Assembly: GCA_028690055.1 (NCBI GenBank) | Contig: JAQVBZ010000005.1 | Location: 379 to 64,378 of the forward strand | DNA from: Minisyncoccota bacterium | GTDB taxonomy: Bacteria > Patescibacteriota > Minisyncoccia > JAHIHE01 > JAGLIN01 | Reading direction: 5' to 3' | Length of the DNA stretch: 64,000 nt | Part shown: in pieces, positions 50,375 to 58,569 of the stretch | How positions within the stretch are numbered: the first letter of the stretch is position 1 | Layout: each line of letters starts with the position of its first letter | Translations under genes and position numbers: made by a program | The notes under the pieces: generated by a model | The model's database searches: none | What the model saw: only the letters and a program-made list of their open reading frames with translations | Told to the model about the DNA's origin: nothing

Positions 50375-51649
50375 ATGGAAAAGTTAAAATGGCACACTGT
50401 GCAAAAAAGGATTAATGATCTGATTCCTCAGGAAGCTAATCCTCGAAAAATTACCGATAAGCAAATGTCGGATTTGAAGAAAAGTTTGTCTAAATTCAAT
50501 CTGGTAGAAATCCCGGCTGTCGATTTAGACGGCAGGATACTAGCAGGGCATCAAAGAATCAAGGCGCTTCAGCTCCTAGGGCGAGGCGAAGAATTGATTG
50601 ATATCAGGATTCCTAATCGTCAGTTAACCGAGGATGAGGCCAAAAGATATCTCCTTGCCAGTAATGCCTTGGGTGGTGACTGGGATTTCGACAAATTAAA
50701 AACCTTTGACTTGGATTTGCTCATTGACATTGGTTTTGATCAGATTGATTTGTCTCATTTCTGGGATAATGAACTCGAAATAAAAGAGGAGGATTTTGAT
50801 GTCGAAGAAGAACTGAAAAAAATAAAAACGCCAATAACGAAACCCGGTGATCTGATACATCTAGGCTGTCATCGTCTGTTATGCGGCGATTCTACTAATC
50901 CGGATAATCTAAAAAAGTTGTTTGGAGGAGAAAAGGCCTCGATGATATTCAGTGATCCGGTTTATAATATAAAACTCGATTATTCAAAGGGCATTGGCGG
51001 CAAAAATGAATATGGCGGTGCGGTTAATGATAATCGAAGCTATGATGAATACAAACAGTTTATCAAAAATTCCCTATTAGCCGCTTTGCCTAATACAAAT
51101 TCGGATTGTCATGTCTTTTATTGGTGTGACCAGACCTATATCGGCCTGATACAAGAATTGTATCGTGAATTAGGCATAATCAATAAACGAGTTTGTTTAT
51201 GGATTAAAAACTCACAAAACCCTACTCCAATGATTGCGTTCAACAAATGCTATGAGCCCGCAGTCTATGGTGTAAAAGGCAAACCATTCATAAACCCAGA
51301 CATAAGGAACTACAATGAGATATTAAACAAGGAACTAGGCACCGGGAACGAGTTATTTGAGGATATACATGATTCCTTGGATATCTGGCTCACCAAAAGG
51401 ATATCAGGTAAAGATTATGAGCATGCAACTAGCAAGCCATCAAAGTTATACGAAAAAGCTATTCGAAGATGCACTAAGCCGGGCGATATCATTCTTGATT
51501 CATTCTCTGGATCGGCCAGCACTATTATGGCTGGAGAACAACTAAAGAGAAAAGTATATGCCATGGAGCTGGAGCCAATCTTCTGTGATTTGGCGATAAG
51601 AAGATATAGAAAATTAACTGGCAGAAAGGAGGTAGTAAAGCATGTCTAA
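50375..51649 (+). CDS. ParB/Srx-domain DNA methyltransferase (N4/N6 family)
   Basis: NPRKI and ILAGHQR ParB-N motifs, HRLLCGDS, DPVY, HATSKP and DSFSGSAST. Confidence 0.88.
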   Translation: MEKLKWHTVQKRINDLIPQEANPRKITDKQMSDLKKSLSKFNLVEIPAVDLDGRILAGHQRIKALQLLGRGEELIDIRIPNRQLTEDEAKRYLLASNALGGDWDFDKLKTFDLDLLIDIGFDQIDLSHFWDNELEIKEEDFDVEEELKKIKTPITKPGDLIHLGCHRLLCGDSTNPDNLKKLFGGEKASMIFSDPVYNIKLDYSKGIGGKNEYGGAVNDNRSYDEYKQFIKNSLLAALPNTNSDCHVFYWCDQTYIGLIQELYRELGIINKRVCLWIKNSQNPTPMIAFNKCYEPAVYGVKGKPFINPDIRNYNEILNKELGTGNELFEDIHDSLDIWLTKRISGKDYEHATSKPSKLYEKAIRRCTKPGDIILDSFSGSASTIMAGEQLKRKVYAMELEPIFCDLAIRRYRKLTGRKEVVKHV

Positions 51650-52064
51650 GAAAAACAGATTACAGCAAGCATTCTTTGAAGAACTAAAGAAAGTTCCTAT
51701 CGTGCTAGTGGCTTGTGAAAAATCCGGCATCTCCCGCAATAGCGTTTATCGTTGGAAACGGGAAGATAAGGAATTTTCCAGGGCGATGGATGAAGCTTTG
51801 GCTGAGGGCGAAGCTCTGGTAAACGATATGAGCGAAAGCCAGCTTCTGACTTTGATCAAAGAAAAGAATTGGTCAGCTATCAGTTTCTGGCTTCGTCATC
51901 GCAATCCAAAATTTAAGGATAAGATAGAGGTGACTTCGAGGAATGAAAACGTTGACGAATTAACGCCATCACAGGCGGAAACTGTACGCCAGGCTTTGAA
52001 ATTGGCCAATATCCTGCCTCAAGATGAACAAGTAACTGATAAGCCTAATAATCCAACTCTATGA
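51642..52064 (+). CDS. Terminase small subunit-like HTH protein
   Basis: ACEKSGISRNSVYRWK...F and AISFWL; overlaps both neighbours. Confidence 0.75.
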   Translation: MSKKNRLQQAFFEELKKVPIVLVACEKSGISRNSVYRWKREDKEFSRAMDEALAEGEALVNDMSESQLLTLIKEKNWSAISFWLRHRNPKFKDKIEVTSRNENVDELTPSQAETVRQALKLANILPQDEQVTDKPNNPTL

Positions 52065-53527
52065 AACCGAACAACATGATACCTCAGGCCTTGGTGGAAC
52101 AAATGACTAAGGACAGGAAGATAAGAACAGCAATAACTAAGGAAAGCTTCTCTTATTTCTTTCACTTTTATTATGCTCATTATGTTAAATATGCGACCGC
52201 CGATTTTCAAAAAGAAATCATAAGCTTGGTTGAAAAGAGCGACAAGGAAAATCTCTTTGTCGTGGCCTTCAGAGGTTCGGGTAAGTCTACCGTTATTACT
52301 GCCGCCTATCCGATCTGGGCAATCCTTGGCAAACAAGAAAAGAAATTTGTCGTCATTTTCTGCCAAACTCAAGCTCAGGCCAAGCAGCACATGATGAACT
52401 TGCGACGTGAATTAGAAGATAATGACTTATTAAAAAAAGACCTTGGCCCCTTCAGGGAAAATAGCGATGAGTGGGGCGCGCAATCAATCGTGTTTTCCAA
52501 TACGGATGCTCGTATTACCGTTGCTTCAGTGGATCAAAGTATTCGTGGCATAAGGCACTATCAACATCGACCGGATTTGATTATCTGTGACGATGTCGAG
52601 GATATAAGTTCCACTAAAACTAGGGAGGGAAGAAATAAAACCTATCAATGGCTAAAGAGCGAAGTGATACCAGCTGGTGATAGAGATACCAGATTGATAA
52701 TAGTCGGTAATTTATTACACGAGGATTCCCTGCTTATGAGGTTAAAGGAAGAAAGAGAAAAAGAGGTTATTGATGGCAACTTTCTGTTTTATCCGTTAAT
52801 TGACAAGAAGGGTGATTGTCTATGGCCGGGCAAATACCCAACCGATGAAGATATTGAAAATGAGCGCAGAAAGGTCGGTAATGAGATTACCTGGCAACAA
52901 GAATACCTACTTAATATCGTTCCGTCCGAAGATCAAGCTATATTTCAAGAATGGATAAACTATTACGATGAGATACCGGCACCTCTAAAACTATATGGCG
53001 GTTATAGTTCGTATATGGAAATAAGAATTGGAATTGACCCAGCTATTTCTAAAAGTGATGTCGCTGATTATACTGCTATGGTTCCTGGTATGTTATATGA
53101 AACTACGTCTAACTATAAGCTTTATATTCTCCCTAAAATAATAAATAAGCGTTTAAGCTTCCCTGAAACAGTTGATGCTTGTAAAACATTATATCAGAGC
53201 TACAAAAGAGATTCTGTTTATCCAAAATTCATCATAGAAGATGTGGCTTATCAAAAAGCCTTGCCTCAACAACTGCAAGTCGAGGGTATTTATAATGTAA
53301 TGACAACCAGGCCAGGAAATCAGGATAAAAGAAGTAGACTTATCGTACTAGCTAACCTAATTAAAACTGGACAAATATTGTTCCCAAAGGAAGGAGCGGA
53401 GGAACTAATACAACAGATAGTCCATTTTGGGGTTGAAAAACATGATGACTTAGCTGATGCCTTTGCCAATTTAGCTCACAGCATGATTGAAAAACCGCCG
53501 AGATCGTGCAGAGTCTATTGGGTATAG
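52061..53527 (+). CDS. Terminase large subunit
   Basis: AFRGSGKST Walker A, IICDDVE Walker B, QQEY, IGIDPA and HDDLADA RNase H-like nuclease motifs. Confidence 0.88.
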   Translation: MKPNNMIPQALVEQMTKDRKIRTAITKESFSYFFHFYYAHYVKYATADFQKEIISLVEKSDKENLFVVAFRGSGKSTVITAAYPIWAILGKQEKKFVVIFCQTQAQAKQHMMNLRRELEDNDLLKKDLGPFRENSDEWGAQSIVFSNTDARITVASVDQSIRGIRHYQHRPDLIICDDVEDISSTKTREGRNKTYQWLKSEVIPAGDRDTRLIIVGNLLHEDSLLMRLKEEREKEVIDGNFLFYPLIDKKGDCLWPGKYPTDEDIENERRKVGNEITWQQEYLLNIVPSEDQAIFQEWINYYDEIPAPLKLYGGYSSYMEIRIGIDPAISKSDVADYTAMVPGMLYETTSNYKLYILPKIINKRLSFPETVDACKTLYQSYKRDSVYPKFIIEDVAYQKALPQQLQVEGIYNVMTTRPGNQDKRSRLIVLANLIKTGQILFPKEGAEELIQQIVHFGVEKHDDLADAFANLAHSMIEKPPRSCRVYWV

Positions 53528-53672
53528 CTAGAAAAGTTATCGGTAAGGCTATATATTCGAATATAAAGTAAAAACTTTGCAGACTGCATAAAATTGTCGA
53601 CTTTTCATTTACTTTTAGCGGAAAAAGAGGTAAAGTAATGGTAATTTGATAATAAAAAAACTATAAAATCAT

Positions 53673-53864
53673 ATGATAAAACCAGTAAACGTTACGTCCT
53701 TAAACGCATCTGATGAGTTATCTTGTGAATGTAATAAATGCGGTTGGGTAGGCAAGCTCAAATTGAATGGATATATTGTTAATACAGACAATGACGGTAA
53801 TCCATTAGGAAATATCGACGAGAACTGTCCTGAGTGCGGGGCTAGTTTAAATGAAAATATATAG
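53673..53864 (+). CDS. Small zinc-ribbon protein
   Basis: CNKCGW and CPECG pairs. Confidence 0.65.
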   Translation: MIKPVNVTSLNASDELSCECNKCGWVGKLKLNGYIVNTDNDGNPLGNIDENCPECGASLNENI

Positions 53865-53916
53865 GAGGTGTGCCAAATAAAAATGTCTATAATAAATAAC
53901 ATAAACTACTAAAAAC

Positions 53917-54390
53917 ATGGATAACCTAATATTTGCCAGAAATTTAGTTAAAGGTAAAATCGCAGAAACCATATTTGCCCAGATGCTCAGAGAAACAAAA
54001 GATTTCACAGTCTTAGAATTTGGCTATGAGAAAATCATTCCTGAATTAGTACAACAGGGATATGATGAAAATAATTTGATGCTTGAAACTTTGAGAACAG
54101 CACCAGATTTTGCAGTTATTAATCAAAAAACGAGAGAGGTTAGACTTATCGAGGTAAAATATCAGCGTACTATAAATTATGACTATGTTTTAAAATATGC
54201 AGAAAAGATGAGCCAGTCATGGAATCCGTCTTATCTTTTTGTTGCTACTCTGGATGGCTTTTATTTTGATGAAATTAATAATGTTATTAATGATAAAGGC
54301 AGGATTTCTCCTTTAAAACATCCCCAGATAAGCAATGATTTACAAGATAAATATCTAAAGATATTAACGGATTTCGAGAAAAACAATTAA
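53917..54390 (+). CDS. PD-(D/E)xK nuclease-like protein
   Basis: GKIAE ... APDF ... IEVKY. Confidence 0.75.
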   Translation: MDNLIFARNLVKGKIAETIFAQMLRETKDFTVLEFGYEKIIPELVQQGYDENNLMLETLRTAPDFAVINQKTREVRLIEVKYQRTINYDYVLKYAEKMSQSWNPSYLFVATLDGFYFDEINNVINDKGRISPLKHPQISNDLQDKYLKILTDFEKNN

Positions 54391-54406
54391 GAAATATTTA
54401 AAAAAT

Positions 54407-55696
54407 ATGCCTGAAAAGAAAAATAGACGAGAGGAATATTTAGAAAGTACAAACGAGGACAAAGAAATATATTTTTTTATTGATGAATTTCAAAAAATAA
54501 ATATTAAATCTCGGGAAGTGTATATCAAAACCAATAAAGTTATTCATCATCCATTTAATAAATCTGGAAACTTTAAATATAAAAAAATAACAGAAATTAT
54601 ATATGAAGGATTGCCAGATCCACTGCCTAGAGGTTTTATCAAAGATTGGAGGCTTGGGTATGGTTTTACGAAAGTATTGAATCCAATACTTTATTTGATT
54701 GAAACAAAATTTGATGTGTCGAAAGTTGTCGTGAAGCCAAAAGGAAAATTCATGATAAAAAATAGAACGGTATACCTTAGTTATGAAGATTTGAATAAGT
54801 TCTATCCGAAAATGGACACTCTTATGAAAGTTCAGAGTAGTCAAAAAGAAGCGTTAGTCTCAAAATATCTTAGTCAGTATCTACCTACAGAATTTAAAGA
54901 TAGTAAACAAAAATATATAAAAGGATCAATTTATTCGATTGTCACAGACCAAATTGGTAAGGATGGATCAATTTCAAAGGATGATTATGATGCTATGCTT
55001 GAGCTAGTTGTATCGAAGTCAAGCGAGCAAACGATTGAATCGAAAAAAATAGTTTTAGCCACAAAGGAAAAAATCGAAAAAATATTCTTAGAAGATGGGG
55101 TTAAAGATTTTAAAAAAATATTAATTTTAAAATCTGTTTCTGGAGGATTTGAGAAAAAATGGGAACAGTTTTTCAAGGAGAATACATGGATTATCTCCAA
55201 TCTGTTCTCTCTCCCTGCATTGCTGTTTGCTAATCAGGCTTATGTGGGCGGAAAGGAAATCTTCAATACTAATGGAAAAGTGACGGATTTTTTATTTAGG
55301 AACAAATTGACCGATAATTTGGCAATTATTGAACTCAAAACTCATAAAACTGAGCTATTGTCCAAGAAGCCTTACAGAGGAGATGATGTATACTCATTAT
55401 CCGAAGAACTATCTGGCGCCGTTAATCAAGTATTAGACCAAAGGCAAAATTTACTAAATGATTTTTATGCCTTAAGATGCAAAACTGGCAATACGAATCA
55501 ATTTGAATCATATAATTCTAGATGTCTTATAATCGCTGGTAAAATCGAAGATCTTCCTAAAAATGGTAAAAGAAGTTTTGAAATTTTCCGAAATAATCTA
55601 CATGGCGTTGAAATTGTTACATTTGATGAGGTGCTGGAGAAAATGGAAACTTTTGTTTCTTTAATTAAGACGGATGCTAAAAAAAGAAAGAGATAG
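54407..55696 (+). CDS. sduA: Shedu anti-phage nuclease (DUF4263)
   Basis: WEQFFKENTWI, YVGGK, TDFL, IIELKT, ELSGAVNQV and IVTFDE. Confidence 0.88.
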   Translation: MPEKKNRREEYLESTNEDKEIYFFIDEFQKINIKSREVYIKTNKVIHHPFNKSGNFKYKKITEIIYEGLPDPLPRGFIKDWRLGYGFTKVLNPILYLIETKFDVSKVVVKPKGKFMIKNRTVYLSYEDLNKFYPKMDTLMKVQSSQKEALVSKYLSQYLPTEFKDSKQKYIKGSIYSIVTDQIGKDGSISKDDYDAMLELVVSKSSEQTIESKKIVLATKEKIEKIFLEDGVKDFKKILILKSVSGGFEKKWEQFFKENTWIISNLFSLPALLFANQAYVGGKEIFNTNGKVTDFLFRNKLTDNLAIIELKTHKTELLSKKPYRGDDVYSLSEELSGAVNQVLDQRQNLLNDFYALRCKTGNTNQFESYNSRCLIIAGKIEDLPKNGKRSFEIFRNNLHGVEIVTFDEVLEKMETFVSLIKTDAKKRKR

Positions 55697-55764
55697 TTAG
55701 GTATTCGTAAAAAGATTTTTACGACTTTATTTATATAGGTGATAACAAATTTAATATAAACGCG

Positions 55765-56193
55765 ATGTTTTCTATAGGCAATATCTGTTCAATAATTTCC
55801 GTTCCATTTGCTTCATCCGCATCTTCTTTCTTATGGCAGATTATTCTCTTGCTATGGCCGTGGTACTGGCTGGGCATATTTCTCTTTCTTATTACATGGA
55901 TAATCTGGGAAATAATAACTCGTAACGGTACGGCACATTATAATTCTAAAAATGGCTTTTCTCCTTCTTTTAATCGTTTTGTCGGTAGTGGTACTTATGC
56001 AGGTTTGCAGGCATTAGTCTATTTATTTTTTGAAAAGTTTTTTGGCGATTCTGTATATTGCATGGTATGGCCATACGAAATTCATCTCGTTGTATTTCTT
56101 TCATCGGGATTGTTGCTACATCTGTCTGGATTTTGGCCTTATCTTTGGGAACCAAGCGGACAACGATACCACAAAAAGAGACATTATCGTTAG
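55765..56193 (+). CDS. Small membrane protein
   Basis: Several TMs around HYNSKNGFSPSFNRFVGS. Confidence 0.7.
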   Translation: MFSIGNICSIISVPFASSASSFLWQIILLLWPWYWLGIFLFLITWIIWEIITRNGTAHYNSKNGFSPSFNRFVGSGTYAGLQALVYLFFEKFFGDSVYCMVWPYEIHLVVFLSSGLLLHLSGFWPYLWEPSGQRYHKKRHYR

Positions 56194-56318
56194 ATTATAA
56201 TACTCCAAACAGTTATAATAACCACTTACAAGTGGTTATTATTGTTAACATAGCTAGTCATCCTAGCCAATATCAGCTAAAATAATAGGTTCGTATAATA
56301 ACATATTAATATAATTCT

Positions 56319-57422
56319 ATGAACGATAAACCATATAATCACTTAAAGGATCGCATATATTACAGTGAACTTTACGATAAGCTTACTATCGAAAAATGTC
56401 AGTGGTGGGAGAAGCGCCAATATTCTAAAGACATTTCTAAACTAAAAGGCAAAGAAAAGGAAATCGAAGAAGCTAAAGAAAGATGGTTTCATAATGCGGT
56501 TATACCTATAGCCCTGTATTTTATTAAAGCAGATCGCGCTTCTAAGAAGTCTGAAACAATCCAAGGGTGGATGAAACGAGATAAAGAGAAAGACGAGAAA
56601 GTTATTAATGCCAAAAAACCGCAAGGCGTTCGGTGCTTAGGCTGTAGCTCACCCTTGGAAAACTGCATATCACGTGATCTTATGAATAATCATAAGGGAA
56701 AAGAAGAAGTGCTTTTTATGTTTGAATGCTCTAAATGCGGAAAACGCCGAGTTTATTGGGAAGATGGAACAGAATGGGAGCATAAGCCAACTTGTATAAA
56801 ATGTAATTTTGAAGTGCAGGCAGAGAGTAAAAGAGAGAAAGATATTATTATCCATATATGTTCTTGTTCACACTGCGGTCATGTGGAGACTGACGTATGG
56901 GATTTAAATGAAAGAAAGGAGGAAAAGATAGATCCAGACTTTGAAGCCAATCGAAAGAAATATTGCATTTCCGAACAAGAAGGATATGAAATTATAAGCC
57001 GAGCAGAACAGATGGGAAAATTAGTTGAAAAATTTAAAGATAAAGAAGAAAATAAAGATATTTATGATGCGGTTAGTAAAATTAAAAAGCTAAATATCGC
57101 AGAGTTACAAGATCTTCTTAATTCTGTGATGGAAAATAATGGCTATATTAAACTTGAATTTGAAAAGCCTGAATTTCAGAAAGATGTTATCTTGGGTTTT
57201 AGCCTTCAAGACAACAAGCCCGGTCGGGAAAAATATGACAGCGTTCACAATCTTCAAAAGCTTATAAAAGAGACTCTTACACCTACAAACTGGAGATTGA
57301 TGAGCGATGGAATCATATATCGTTTAGGGTTCCTGCAAGGCAGACTTAAAGGTATTGAAGGCGAAGAAAATCTCTTGAAACTAGTCGAAAACGACCTTAA
57401 GAAAAAGGCTAAAAGTAGGTAG
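56319..57422 (+). CDS. Multi-zinc-ribbon hypothetical protein
   Basis: CLGC, CSKC, CIKC and CSHC pairs; C-terminal TNWRLMSDGI.YRLGFL.GRL. Confidence 0.8.
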   Translation: MNDKPYNHLKDRIYYSELYDKLTIEKCQWWEKRQYSKDISKLKGKEKEIEEAKERWFHNAVIPIALYFIKADRASKKSETIQGWMKRDKEKDEKVINAKKPQGVRCLGCSSPLENCISRDLMNNHKGKEEVLFMFECSKCGKRRVYWEDGTEWEHKPTCIKCNFEVQAESKREKDIIIHICSCSHCGHVETDVWDLNERKEEKIDPDFEANRKKYCISEQEGYEIISRAEQMGKLVEKFKDKEENKDIYDAVSKIKKLNIAELQDLLNSVMENNGYIKLEFEKPEFQKDVILGFSLQDNKPGREKYDSVHNLQKLIKETLTPTNWRLMSDGIIYRLGFLQGRLKGIEGEENLLKLVENDLKKKAKSR

Positions 57423-57477
57423 ATAAACTGTTGGTAACTAGCTCTTAGCAAAAAATAATATTTATGATATTATTGCT

Positions 57478-57505
57478 GGACATCTAGATGTTTTTAGTTT
57501 AAAAT
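57478..57505 (+). promoter_or_regulatory. Putative sigma70 promoter
   Basis: TGGACA-17 nt-TAAAAT just before the structured leader. Confidence 0.55.
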
Positions 57506-57511
57506 GGTAAT

Positions 57512-57715
57512 TGACAATTGATGGCTGAAAGGCCAGGCTACCTAAACTCAGACTTCATGTCTGGGCATGGTGCTTCAAGACCCAACCAAGACACTGACCT
57601 CCACGTTCAGCGACTCTTGGTTGGGCTATGTCTGGAAACGGACATAGGGCCGCAAGGCCTAGCTGGCGTGGAGACTTTTGGATCTCTACGACCAGCTACT
57701 GCATAGCTGGTTTTT
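57512..57715 (+). ncRNA. Highly structured leader RNA / attenuator candidate
   Basis: Six or more stems, three GNRA tetraloops, G-U pairs, terminator CCAGCTA/TAGCTGG-TTTTT and a competing upstream TAGCTGG. Confidence 0.75.
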
Positions 57716-57740
57716 ATTAATTAAATAAAACATTAAAACC

Positions 57741-58385
57741 ATGAACGAGGAAACAACGAAGTGTCCTAAGTGCAAAGAAGAAGTTTTAAAAGGTGCGAAA
57801 AAGTGCAAGCATTGTGGTGCGGATCTTAGAAATTGGTTTATGCGTCACAAAATCATCTCTGTATTTTTAGTTCTTATGTTTATCGGCATCATAAGTGGAG
57901 GAAGTAATCCAAATAACTCAAACAATGGGCAAAATTCCAATGGCATTCAAAACGATACTAAAGCGGAACAAAAGACTGGCAAAATAAATGAAACTATTTC
58001 TGTCGGAAATTTTAGCTACAGAGTGCAGAAAGCGGAACAGGCTCAGTCGGTTGGTAACCAATATATTAACCATGATGCCTCTGGAGTTTATGAAATCGTA
58101 TCTTTAACACTCAGAAATAATGACAAAGAATCACGTTATGCAGACAGCAATATGTTTAAACTGATGGATAATCAAGGCAGATCATTTGTCGTTTCTACGG
58201 AAGCTACTAGTGCTTATTCTATAGCCAACGATAATCAGTACGATCTGTTCTTAAAACAAGCCAATCCCGGTCTTGAAATAAACGGAGTGCTTATCTTTGA
58301 TATTCCCCAAGATGCCAGTGGTCTTAAACTTGAAGTAAGCGGCGGATTTGGTAGTCCGGAAAAAGCCTACATAGAACTTAACTAA
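57741..58385 (+). CDS. Zinc-ribbon + TM + DUF4352-like surface protein
   Basis: CPKC...CKHCG, one TM, then Ig-like domain with FKLMDNQGR and NPG...G.LIFDIP. Confidence 0.85.
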   Translation: MNEETTKCPKCKEEVLKGAKKCKHCGADLRNWFMRHKIISVFLVLMFIGIISGGSNPNNSNNGQNSNGIQNDTKAEQKTGKINETISVGNFSYRVQKAEQAQSVGNQYINHDASGVYEIVSLTLRNNDKESRYADSNMFKLMDNQGRSFVVSTEATSAYSIANDNQYDLFLKQANPGLEINGVLIFDIPQDASGLKLEVSGGFGSPEKAYIELN

Positions 58386-58407
58386 ATCTATATTTAGACG
58401 TTTAAAG

Positions 58408-58445
58408 AATACCCTCTGTATCTTCTTAGATCAGAGGGTATTTTT
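58408..58445 (+). terminator. Intrinsic terminator
   Basis: AATACCCTCTG ... CAGAGGGTATT followed by a T run. Confidence 0.75.
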
Positions 58446-58569
58446 ATTTGTTATGCCAACCAAACTCAATTCTTCGATAAGATAACCTGTATCTGTTCGC
58501 TCTTAGCAAAAGCTTAAAAGTGTGTCATTAATGGAGGCGTAGATTTAACTAAATAATCAACTAAATCAT

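Noticed and set aside
57518-57706. 62-aa ORF over the structured leader
   Set aside because: TTG start without a clear RBS, no protein motif, and the sequence is better explained by RNA stems and a terminator. A leader peptide cannot be fully excluded.
56319-57715. TnpB/Cas12f-like nuclease with downstream guide RNA
   Set aside because: No RuvC motifs are visible, and the RNA has its own promoter within a separate repeat-flanked cassette.
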